In this document: positions 1-8,634 of the stretch, in pieces | Numbering within the stretch: the first letter of the stretch is position 1 | How the letters are laid out: every line of letters starts with the position of its first letter | Assembly (NCBI GenBank): GCA_021654395.1 | Contig: AP024486.1 | Location: 240,001-272,000, forward strand | Direction: 5' to 3' | DNA from: Candidatus Saccharimonadota bacterium | Lineage (GTDB): Archaea; Micrarchaeota; Micrarchaeia; Micrarchaeales; Micrarchaeaceae | DNA: 32,000 nucleotides | Program-made: the position numbers and the translations under genes | Notes under the pieces: generated by a model | Seen by the model: the letters and a program-made list of their open reading frames with translations, nothing else | What the model was told of the DNA's origin: nothing | Database searches by the model: none

Positions 1-1829
1 ATATAGCAAAGGAGAATAGAATAAAGGAAGTTTTAGAAAAGACTCCAAATATAATGATACTTAAAGACGAAGCCCATCATATATATAATTATGAAAGAAA
101 GTGGAAAAGCATATTGCTCAAATTGCACAAGCATCTAGAGTCACAGTATGGAAAGGGCATTCTAGCAGAGCTTGACTTCTCTGCAACTCCAAGGTCAGAA
201 AACGGTAACTTATTCTACTGGTTAATAGTAGATTTTACGCTTAAAGAAGCAATAGATATGAATATAGTAAAAAGGCCGCTAAAAGGAATGGTTTCTAACG
301 CTTCTGAAGTTTCATCAAAAGATATTGTTGAAAGATATAGGGCCTGGATAGATGCAGGCATAAGAAGATGGCAGGAGTATAAAAATGTATTATCAAGGTT
401 AAATAAAAAGCCGATACTATTCTTTCAATGTCCTAATAATAGAGAAGCAGACAAGTTAAAAGATTATTTAGAAACGATACCCGAAGCAAGAGGAAAGATT
501 CTTTTAATACATACTGATAGCACTGGAGATATCTCTAAATCCGATATCGAACGCGCAAGAGATGCTGCAAGGGACATTGATAGTGAAGATAATCATTATG
601 AAGTAATAGTAAGCACAATGATGCTAAATGAAGGTTGGGATGTAAGGAATGTAAATATAATTGTTGGTCTCAGATCATATACTTCTAAGAGAAAGGTTCT
701 GCCTGAGCAAGTTATTGGAAGAGGATTAAGGAAGATGTTTCCAGATCTTACAGCGGATACAAAGCATTCAATAAATGTTCTAGAGATTATTGGTCCTCCT
801 GGCCTGATGGAGATAATAGAGGATCTTGAGATGGAAGAGAACATAAAATTTGATACAGTAAATGTCGATTCTAAGATCGATGAAACTGACATACATGTTG
901 AAAAGAACAAGATAGATAAAGATATAGAGATACCAATACTATCTCCAAGGATTACTATAGGGAGACCAAATATAGACATGTCTATTCTAGATAGATTGCC
1001 TGCACTTTCACTACCCTTAGAGAATAAGATACTAAAGACAGAATATAAAGCCATAGATATGGTAAAGAATACAGTAGAAGTAGAAAGAATCTGGGATCTG
1101 CCAGTTCCTAAGGATTCTAAGAGCGTAATTGCTTATTATACTGACATTATACTAAGAGAATTAAGGTTACCGAATAGCTTCTCTGAATTATATCCTATAG
1201 TAAAGGCTTATGTTGAAACAAAGCTATTTGATCAGAAAGTAGATCTTAATGACCCTAGAGTATTGTATCAGTTAAGCAGTACTGAAACGAAGAAGAAGCT
1301 AGTAGACCTATTTGTAGAAAGTTTAAAAGCCAATCGCTTTACAGAGACGGAACCAACTAGCTACTACTACATTAGATTATCAGATATAGAGCCATTCCCC
1401 AAGGGAAGAGAGGTTTATAAAGCAGAGAAATGTATCTTTAATCTTGTTCCATGCGACAACGGCTTTGAATTAGAATTTTCAAAGTTCCTTGACAGAGCTG
1501 AAGACGTTATCTCATTCTGTAAGATTGTGCCTAAGATCGGCTTCTCCGTTGAATATATAGACTCAAAGGGCAATCTAAGATACTACTATCCAGATTTTAT
1601 TGTAGTCCTTAAGGATGCTAATTATATAGTAGAGGCAAAAGGAGAAGTAGACGAGAATGTAAGATATAAAGATGAAAGAATAAAGAGATGGTGCGAAGAT
1701 GCATCGAAGATTACTAAAAGAAGATGGAAGTATATAAGAGTCAATCAGATCGATTTCGAGAATTATTCGTTTAATACATTTGAAGAGCTAGTCAAAACTC
1801 TATCAACAGATAGAACAAGCTCTAAGTAA
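1..1829 (+). CDS. SF2 helicase-nuclease, type III restriction Res-subunit-like (5' partial, continues upstream of window)
   Basis: The frame is open from nt 3 through the ATG at 54, so the true start lies outside the window. Helicase motifs in the translation: DEAH box (ILKDEAHH), SAT (DFSATP), motifs V-VI (STMMLNEGWDV ... QVIGRGLRK). C-terminal PD-(D/E)xK-type nuclease signature YYPDF...IVEAKG. Confidence 0.75.
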   Translation, partial: IAKENRIKEVLEKTPNIMILKDEAHHIYNYERKWKSILLKLHKHLESQYGKGILAELDFSATPRSENGNLFYWLIVDFTLKEAIDMNIVKRPLKGMVSNASEVSSKDIVERYRAWIDAGIRRWQEYKNVLSRLNKKPILFFQCPNNREADKLKDYLETIPEARGKILLIHTDSTGDISKSDIERARDAARDIDSEDNHYEVIVSTMMLNEGWDVRNVNIIVGLRSYTSKRKVLPEQVIGRGLRKMFPDLTADTKHSINVLEIIGPPGLMEIIEDLEMEENIKFDTVNVDSKIDETDIHVEKNKIDKDIEIPILSPRITIGRPNIDMSILDRLPALSLPLENKILKTEYKAIDMVKNTVEVERIWDLPVPKDSKSVIAYYTDIILRELRLPNSFSELYPIVKAYVETKLFDQKVDLNDPRVLYQLSSTETKKKLVDLFVESLKANRFTETEPTSYYYIRLSDIEPFPKGREVYKAEKCIFNLVPCDNGFELEFSKFLDRAEDVISFCKIVPKIGFSVEYIDSKGNLRYYYPDFIVVLKDANYIVEAKGEVDENVRYKDERIKRWCEDASKITKRRWKYIRVNQIDFENYSFNTFEELVKTLSTDRTSSK

Positions 1830-1923
1830 GTTTTAGAGCCATATCTAAGATATCTTCAAGGTCTAAGCTATAAAGAAAGTTCTTTAATCTTTAAATCTAA
1901 TTCAAATAAGGTAAATGATATTA

Positions 1924-3285
1924 ATGGAAGAGAAGGAGTTTGATTGGGAGCTTTATAAGGAAGCAGATAGCTTCTCTAAAGGCATTATAGAGGAGTTCTT
2001 AAGCAGAAACAGATTCTCTAAGGAGCTATCAGATCTGATGTATAATAAGACATCAACAAGATTCTTTGACTGGGTCGATCATATTGTAATACCAGAGAGT
2101 AAGATAGATAGAGATGATCTAATAAGGATGGGCTACAAAGAGAAGAAGGCAATAGTTAACGATGATATAGTTGCGGTATATAAGAATGATAGGTCAATAC
2201 TATTTCCTATACTTATAACAAAGAAAGATTATACAGAAGTATGTATAAAAGTTGACTCTATAGATGATTTTCTGCAGTACTGCGGTAAAGGGATAAAAGC
2301 AGAGGGAAAGCCATTTAACAGAATCAGAAAAGCCTATATAAGCAAAGAAGGAGGCTATCTACTATCAGCTATAGAGAGAAGAGGAAGTAATAGCTTCGTA
2401 GTTCAAGAGAAAGATGATAGAGAGGAGTATCTAGAGGCATTAAGAGCCTTTTATGCAAGAGATAGATTCTTTGAAGATAGAGATGAGGGCCTTAAAAGGA
2501 CTAAAGAGTTAGTAATGAGCTTTACGAGTAAGCTAGATAATGCTAGAGTAGCAGATGCCTTCTTTAGAGCAGAGAGAGCTTACTGGCAGAGAAAGAATAG
2601 AGCTGGCCAAGTCCAAAAGGAGAGACAGGACTCATTAGGCCTAGGTTGGGGCAATCATGATCATCATACATTCAGATCATCTAGACATCTTCTTAAGGAT
2701 CTGGTTAACTTATTTGAGCTAATGGGATATGAAACAAGAGAGAGATACTATGCTGGAGCAAAGGCAGGATGGGGCGCACAGATATTAGAGCATAAGGTAT
2801 GCGAGATTGTTATATTTACAGATATAGACCTATTTGAGGATGAGGTAGATATAGATTATGCACATAAGCGCTTAGAAGAAGAGAAGGCAAAGGGCACAGT
2901 TGGATTATGGACATATATAAATGGAGAAAGCATATTAGAAGCAGGGATGCATCATCTAGAAGCAAGATTCGATTTTAACAAGCTTAATGAGGACCTGCCA
3001 AAGTACGGTATCAAGATGATGCCTCCATTTTCAAACTTTGAGTTCTTAAAGCAAGCGTTTACAGAGCCAGAGATATGGTATCCAAAGAAAGAGAGATTAG
3101 ATCAAGCGTTAAGAGAAGGAATAATAGATCAAGAGCAGTATAAAAGGTTCATAGATTACGGCTTTTATGGAAGTCATCTAGAGAATCTTCAGAGAGATTA
3201 TGGCTTTAAAGGATTTAACAAAGCATCTGTAACAAAGATTATTAGAGAGACAGATCCTAGATTAGAGCATGATAGCAATGCATAA
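1924..3285 (+). CDS. Hypothetical protein; possibly a VOC-fold metalloenzyme of the DUF1338 / HglS-YdcJ-like type (tentative)
   Basis: Long ORF with coding-like composition. Probable true start is ATG 1924, preceded by ATGATatta. Weak motif resemblance to DUF1338 as I recall it: HDHHTFRS vs INHLTPRT, and HHLEARF vs GEIEQRG. Overlaps the downstream FAD oxidase gene by 8 nt. Confidence 0.4.
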   Translation: MEEKEFDWELYKEADSFSKGIIEEFLSRNRFSKELSDLMYNKTSTRFFDWVDHIVIPESKIDRDDLIRMGYKEKKAIVNDDIVAVYKNDRSILFPILITKKDYTEVCIKVDSIDDFLQYCGKGIKAEGKPFNRIRKAYISKEGGYLLSAIERRGSNSFVVQEKDDREEYLEALRAFYARDRFFEDRDEGLKRTKELVMSFTSKLDNARVADAFFRAERAYWQRKNRAGQVQKERQDSLGLGWGNHDHHTFRSSRHLLKDLVNLFELMGYETRERYYAGAKAGWGAQILEHKVCEIVIFTDIDLFEDEVDIDYAHKRLEEEKAKGTVGLWTYINGESILEAGMHHLEARFDFNKLNEDLPKYGIKMMPPFSNFEFLKQAFTEPEIWYPKKERLDQALREGIIDQEQYKRFIDYGFYGSHLENLQRDYGFKGFNKASVTKIIRETDPRLEHDSNA

Positions 3286-4621
3286 TATAAAAGATCTATT
3301 TAAGAGTGTATTAAGTAATGATAGAATACTTACTGATGATAACGAAGTAATGCCTTATAGCAGAGACAAGTCATACTTTAATTCTGTTAGGCCTTTAGCT
3401 GTATTAAAGCCAAAAGACTCAAAGGAGCTTTCAGAGATAATGAAGATAGCAAATGAGAATAAGATAAAAGTAATAGCAAGAAGTGGGGGCACATCTCTGA
3501 CAGGAGCATCAATTGTTAATACTGATGCAGTCGTTATATCTCTAGAGCTAATGAATAGAATAAGGATCTACAAGGATGATCAGATAGCTATTGTTCAGCC
3601 TGCTGTCAAGATAGATGAGCTAAACAGGGAGCTTGCAAGATATAATCTATTCTTTCCAGTAGATCCTGCAAGCTCTTATATATCTGAGATTGGTGGAAAT
3701 CTTTCGACTAACGCCGCTGGTCTACTATCTGTAAGATACGGTCCTATAAGCAGATGGGTGCTAGGACTAGAGGTCGTTTTACCAGATGGAAGTATAATAA
3801 GGACTGGTACATCAACCATTAAGCAGTCATTGGGATTTGATCTAACGCATCTCTTTATAGGAAGCGAAGGAATATTAGGAATAATAACAGAAGCAAAGCT
3901 TCAGGTAATAAGTAAGCCCAAAGATGCAGTTAGCGTTGTAATATCATATGATAGTATTAAGGATCTTATAGAAGATGTAAAGATAGCAAGGGTGGAGCTC
4001 GATATACTTAAGTTAGAGTTTTTAGATAATCTATCGGCGAAGATCTTAAGCAAGGAGCTAAATGATATGCAAATAAAGCCAGGATTTATCTTGAACATTG
4101 AGGCATTTGATAGTGCATCAAAAATAGAGAGCTTGTTTAAGGATAAGGATATTAAGATACTAAAAGATGATGAGAAGCAGAAGTTCTTATTCTCAAGGAA
4201 GCGCTTACATGATTATCTAGAGAGTATAGTCTCTAAAGAAGGAAAGGATATGCTAGTAGAGGATATTGCTATACCTCTATCTAATCTTTATGAAGCATAT
4301 ATAGAGATAGAGGAGCTGCTTAAAAAAGAAGAGCATTATATATTTGGACATATAGGCGAGGGCAATCTGCATATAAATCTTTTTATAGATAAAGGAGATA
4401 TAAGGCATTATGAGGATCTTACATATAAGCTAGGAGAGCTTACTTTAAGGCATAACGGTACTATATCTGCAGAGCATGGAATAGGCTTAGAGAAGAAGGA
4501 GCTTCTCAAGCTTCATTATAAATATCTAAATTCAGAGCATAGTCTAGAGCTAATAAAGTCTATTAAAAGATTGATAGATCCAAACAATATACTAAACCCA
4601 GGTAAGGTTATTGACCTGTAG
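3278..4621 (+). CDS. FAD-linked oxidase, GlcD / D-lactate / D-2-hydroxyacid dehydrogenase family
   Basis: N-terminal FAD_binding_4-type region (VIARSGGTSLTGAS, PASSYISEIGGNLSTNAAG). C-terminal FAD-oxidase_C features (GHIGEGNLHIN, SAEHGIGLEKK, IDPNNILNPGK). Confidence 0.85.
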   Translation: MHNIKDLFKSVLSNDRILTDDNEVMPYSRDKSYFNSVRPLAVLKPKDSKELSEIMKIANENKIKVIARSGGTSLTGASIVNTDAVVISLELMNRIRIYKDDQIAIVQPAVKIDELNRELARYNLFFPVDPASSYISEIGGNLSTNAAGLLSVRYGPISRWVLGLEVVLPDGSIIRTGTSTIKQSLGFDLTHLFIGSEGILGIITEAKLQVISKPKDAVSVVISYDSIKDLIEDVKIARVELDILKLEFLDNLSAKILSKELNDMQIKPGFILNIEAFDSASKIESLFKDKDIKILKDDEKQKFLFSRKRLHDYLESIVSKEGKDMLVEDIAIPLSNLYEAYIEIEELLKKEEHYIFGHIGEGNLHINLFIDKGDIRHYEDLTYKLGELTLRHNGTISAEHGIGLEKKELLKLHYKYLNSEHSLELIKSIKRLIDPNNILNPGKVIDL

Positions 4622-5699
4622 ATCTTCTTAAAAGCATATTTCTGATACTTAAGCTTATACTATCCATATCTGCATATCTAACTATCATCCTATTTATGTA
4701 CTTATTATTTATACCTTTTAGAATTAGACTAAATATACTTTCATCTAGATGCATATAAGCATAAGATAGCAATCTATTCATCAGAAGATCGTATCTTAAT
4801 CTAGACTTCCAAAGCCTATCGTAATAAGACATATCTATACCATTACTGAAGTACCTTTTAACACTTTCGTATAAAAGCTCTATGCATCTTTCTATATACG
4901 CTATTCCACCACCAGTATAAAGCTTTACTTGACCTGCAGCATCACCTATTAATGCAATATTCTTATAACCTGTAATCCTTCTAGGTATATATGGTATAAC
5001 ACTTGCATGCTCTGATCTATTACTATCTTTATCCAATCCGTAATAGGAGAGCTTCTCTAGAATCCAATGCTTGTAATATGAGCTAGGCCTAGATAATGAT
5101 TTATTAATACCGTAGCCTAGCTCAATAACGTTGCTATAGCTTAATGACCATCCTATGAAGCCCCTTTCATTTATATTGTCTAGATATATGTGAGCTGTAT
5201 TATCTTTAATATCTGCATTGAGCTCCATCTTATATGTAAGTAGATATCTTTCTATAGAAGGTAGCCTGAAGCTGTACGCAACCGTAGAGTTAAAGCCGTC
5301 TGCTCCTATTATAAGATCATAATCTTTAGAGAGATATCTGAGCTCCTTTGGATCTACTCTATAACCTAGCTTTATGTCTGCTTTATTCTTTACCTTTTCA
5401 TAAAGCTTATAGACAAGCTCTCTTCTATCGAAGACATATGCCTTAGGATAGCTGAACTCTATAGTTGCAGTCTCTTTTCTAGTATGTAGTATAACCTTCT
5501 TAAGTATATCAAGATGCTTTATATCAGCTATAGCTTTTATATAGCTACTTGCATTCTCTGATAGTATGCCGGATGCATACTCTGCTCTCTCCCTTACATC
5601 TCTCTTTGATTCAACTATATTAACATTATAGCTATCTGATAGCTTATACGCTGTTAATAGACCAGCCACACCGGCGCCCACTATAAGTATGCGATTCAT
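4608..5699 (-). CDS. FAD-dependent oxidoreductase, geranylgeranyl reductase family
   Basis: N-terminal Rossmann dinucleotide motif ILIVGAGVAGLLTA. Later LIIGADGFNS and LIGDAAGQVKLYTGGGI motifs typical of archaeal (di)geranylgeranyl reductases. 14-nt convergent overlap with the FAD oxidase 3' end. Confidence 0.8.
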   Translation of the reverse strand: MNRILIVGAGVAGLLTAYKLSDSYNVNIVESKRDVRERAEYASGILSENASSYIKAIADIKHLDILKKVILHTRKETATIEFSYPKAYVFDRRELVYKLYEKVKNKADIKLGYRVDPKELRYLSKDYDLIIGADGFNSTVAYSFRLPSIERYLLTYKMELNADIKDNTAHIYLDNINERGFIGWSLSYSNVIELGYGINKSLSRPSSYYKHWILEKLSYYGLDKDSNRSEHASVIPYIPRRITGYKNIALIGDAAGQVKLYTGGGIAYIERCIELLYESVKRYFSNGIDMSYYDRLWKSRLRYDLLMNRLLSYAYMHLDESIFSLILKGINNKYINRMIVRYADMDSISLSIRNMLLRRSTGQ

Positions 5700-5894
5700 A
5701 AGCTCACTTAATAGAATAGAGTTAGTCTAAAACAATATAAAATATAATCTAAATTATAATTTATCTAGTTATTAAATAACTTTTAATAAAAAGAATTATA
5801 ATAATTTTATAAGCTTTACGTAGAATAATATTATATTAATGTAAAAGAGTGATCTAATTTGGTAAAAAGATGTAAAAGAATAAAAGGAGATATA

Positions 5895-6125
5895 ATGAAG
5901 ATGTATATAATAAAACCAACCTCTTCAGATTACACAGATTACAGCGATATAATAGATCTTCTAAATAAGAAGAGCTACAAGTTGCATATACTGATACCAG
6001 ATAGATCAGATGGCCTGTATGTAATAACTAGTTACGATACAGAGCTGAAGGAGCTCGAGAAGTTAGAGGCTTATACTGTTAATGTTGTAGAGTGCTTTAG
6101 ATACCTGATTAATGCAACACATTAA
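5895..6125 (+). CDS. Small hypothetical protein (76 aa)
   Basis: ORF-track start is TTG 5859. ATG 5895 is preferred because AAAGGAGAtataATG gives a GGAG Shine-Dalgarno 6-7 nt upstream. No recognisable motifs. Confidence 0.4.
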   Translation: MKMYIIKPTSSDYTDYSDIIDLLNKKSYKLHILIPDRSDGLYVITSYDTELKELEKLEAYTVNVVECFRYLINATH

Positions 6126-6153
6126 TAAGCTTTAATATTATAAGTTTTTAAAT

Positions 6154-6459
6154 ATGACAAAAAAAGAAGCTAACGAAGATGATGATATAAAGCCTGAGAT
6201 AAATATAGTAAATATAGTAGTTACGGGAGATCTCCACGTTAGTGTAGATCTTGCTGCATTGGCTTCAAATCTAAGTAATGTAGATTATGAGCCAGAGCAG
6301 TTCCCAGGAGCAATATTTAGGGTAGATGATCCGAAGTGCGCCATAATACTATTTAAGAATGGTAGAATAATCTGCACTGGATTAAGGACAGAAGAGCATA
6401 TAAAGGAGGTTTTGCAAAGATTAGCTGATGCTGTATCAAAGTATGTAATAGAGGAGTAA
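6154..6459 (+). CDS. Single-repeat TATA-box-binding-protein (TBP) domain protein, 101 aa
   Basis: [11 protein letters not shown]...VDLAALA...[39 protein letters not shown] matches one TBP repeat end to end, closest to the C-terminal repeat of archaeal TBP. Only one repeat is encoded. The stop abuts the convergent GT4 gene. Confidence 0.8.
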   Translation: [101 protein letters not shown]

Positions 6460-7620
6460 TTAGAAGCCTTTAGAGATACAGCTTCTAATATATCTATCAA
6501 AATTGTTTAGGAAGGCATCTACTGTATAGCTCTCTTTTATCTTATTATAAGCTGCCTTTCCAATGCTCTCAGATAGAGAGCTATCATTTATAATAAGATT
6601 TAGCTTCTCTGCAAACTCTTCTGGTGTGCTGCATAAGAAGCCGTCTACTCCATTCTTTATATAATCCTTTGGACCGCCTTCATTTATAGCTAATACTGGC
6701 TTTCTACTTGCCATCCCCTCTAGAGGGACTATTCCGAAATCCTCATCCATTGCAACAAATAGCACAGCAGTTGCATTAGCATATAGATCTAAAAGCTCTT
6801 TATCAGAAGGATTTGTTCTTATTTCAATACTACCAACGCTCTTTGCTAGCTCTACTATCCTATTATAGTAATCTTGATAGAACTTATCATTTGAAAGAGC
6901 CCCAGCAAGTATCAGCTTATATCTATTATCTTTGTCGTATCTTTCCTTAAATACCTTAAATATCTCTATTGCGAGCTCCTGTCTCTTATTTGGAGAGAAT
7001 CTAGAAGGATATAGTATATATCTGCCATCACCAGCGTTATAAAATCTTTCTAGCTCTATTACTCCAGGGTTAATTATAGTGGCATCATTCCTATTATAAT
7101 ACTTAATAATTCTACTATTTGTATTGCTGCTATTTGTTGCTATATACTTTATCTTCCTTACCATACTCTTATCTATATACCTAGTTATACTTGCCCCTAT
7201 AGCATATACTGGTTTTTTATATAATGGTCTTAAGCTCATTCTGTACTTATAAAGATCGTAGATCTCTCTTAATGGAGTATGGCAGTACCATATAAGATTC
7301 TTATTATTCCTTATAAGCCAATGGCTAGGCGCTATATGTGCATTTATTACATCATAATCCTCTTTTACCTTGTAGTTATAGAATACTAGACTGTAATTTA
7401 TAGCTTGAGAGACCCTGCCATAAGGTATAAACTTGTATATGCTCTTTACTCCGATCTCTTTTACATTCAGCTCTTTGAACTCCTCAAATGTCTTATTTGG
7501 ATCATAGTCACATGTTAATATATCTGCATTATACTTCAAGGCTATATACTTAATTACCTTTTCAGCCCCTCCTTTAAGATTTAGATAAGGAGTTGAGATA
7601 AGCATTCTTACGCTATTCAT
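6460..7620 (-). CDS. Glycosyltransferase, GT-B fold, family 4 / group 1
   Basis: C-terminal GT1/GT4 signature EDFGIVPLEGMASRKPVLAINEGGPKDYIKNGVDGFL; size (386 aa) is typical. Confidence 0.85.
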   Translation of the reverse strand: MNSVRMLISTPYLNLKGGAEKVIKYIALKYNADILTCDYDPNKTFEEFKELNVKEIGVKSIYKFIPYGRVSQAINYSLVFYNYKVKEDYDVINAHIAPSHWLIRNNKNLIWYCHTPLREIYDLYKYRMSLRPLYKKPVYAIGASITRYIDKSMVRKIKYIATNSSNTNSRIIKYYNRNDATIINPGVIELERFYNAGDGRYILYPSRFSPNKRQELAIEIFKVFKERYDKDNRYKLILAGALSNDKFYQDYYNRIVELAKSVGSIEIRTNPSDKELLDLYANATAVLFVAMDEDFGIVPLEGMASRKPVLAINEGGPKDYIKNGVDGFLCSTPEEFAEKLNLIINDSSLSESIGKAAYNKIKESYTVDAFLNNFDRYIRSCISKGF

Positions 7621-7670
7621 AGATACTAATTAATAAGAATAGCTTTTAATCTTATTATCTAAATTATTAT

Positions 7671-8591
7671 ATGGCTAGTAAGATGAAGCTGCAGAATGCT
7701 ATAGAGTTTCTAGTTACATACTCTTGGGCGTTTACTATAATATTAATAGTTGCACTAGTGTTTCTATATCTACAGATATTTAATCCATACGCTCATATAA
7801 ACTATGCAACTCCTGGCTCATGCTATGTATACAGGCCTTACGGCCCATTTAATAATACAGATGCAAGATTAGAAGGTCTATGCAATGATGCGCCACCAGA
7901 GTTCGTTGCTAGTATTAATACATCATCTACATTGGGCTATGCGCTATATACTAATAACTCTGCTTTAGCGTATTATGGAAGTGGTGATAAGAATAGAACA
8001 TTTATAGCATGGATATATGTTAAAGCTTATGAACCTGATATAAACTCTTGGTGGATGATTGGCGGCTGGTATGGTACTCCAGTATTTGTTAATGGTGGTG
8101 AGCAAGCGCTTCTAATACTGCATGGAGCGTCGTGTGAGCCACAAGCAGATCTATATTTTCAGACATGGGCTGATGATGCATGCTCAACGCAGCTACTAGT
8201 TCCGTTAGATGCATGGGAGATGGTTGGCTATGTCTATCCTTATAATGGTAACTATACGCAAGTAGAGCTTATACTTAATAACGAGACACAAGTATTAAGT
8301 ATAAGTAGGCCGATAAATGTAACTTACACCAGCTATCCTGTATTTGTTATAGGCGGTCAATACTCTAATGGCTATATAGCTAATGTCCAAGTCTATAATA
8401 CAACATTATCTAATCAAGAGATCCTTGCATTATACAAGGAAGGAATAGGAGGAGCGCCAATAGATCTTAACAATCTTATTGCATGGTACCCGCTTAATGG
8501 TAATCTAAATGATACATCTGGTAATAATATAACATTAGATGAGGTTCAAGGAACTACAAGCTTTGTTTCTTATGAGGCAACAATACATTAG
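7671..8591 (+). CDS. Secreted/surface protein with archaeal class III (type IV pilin-like) signal peptide and LamG/concanavalin-like domain
   Basis: N-terminus MASKMKL/QNAIEFLVTYSWAFTIILIV fits the QxSxExxxL class III signal peptide pattern followed by a hydrophobic helix. The body has LamG-like ends (RTFIAWIYVK ... GYIANVQVYNTTLSNQEILALYKEG). The C-terminal LIAWYPLNGNLNDTSGNN resembles the opening strand of another LamG unit. Many N-x-S/T sequons. Confidence 0.65.
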   Translation: MASKMKLQNAIEFLVTYSWAFTIILIVALVFLYLQIFNPYAHINYATPGSCYVYRPYGPFNNTDARLEGLCNDAPPEFVASINTSSTLGYALYTNNSALAYYGSGDKNRTFIAWIYVKAYEPDINSWWMIGGWYGTPVFVNGGEQALLILHGASCEPQADLYFQTWADDACSTQLLVPLDAWEMVGYVYPYNGNYTQVELILNNETQVLSISRPINVTYTSYPVFVIGGQYSNGYIANVQVYNTTLSNQEILALYKEGIGGAPIDLNNLIAWYPLNGNLNDTSGNNITLDEVQGTTSFVSYEATIH

Positions 8592-8634
8592 ATAGTTATA
8601 GATTTTAAATAAGCTAACTACTAATTAATCTTTA

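Noticed and set aside
596-1054. 152-aa ORF antisense to the helicase-nuclease gene
   Set aside because: It is embedded in a CDS with clear helicase motifs; the antisense product is Ser/Ile/Phe-rich with no recognisable features.
5895-6125. Idea that the small ORF upstream of the half-TBP is the missing first TBP repeat, separated by a frameshift
   Set aside because: Its translation (MKMYIIKPTSSDYTDYSD...LHILIPDRSDGLYVITSYD...) shows none of the TBP repeat landmarks (no ENIVAS-like start, no PEQFPG, no LIF.SGK...TG). The other frames of 5860-6153 are full of stops.
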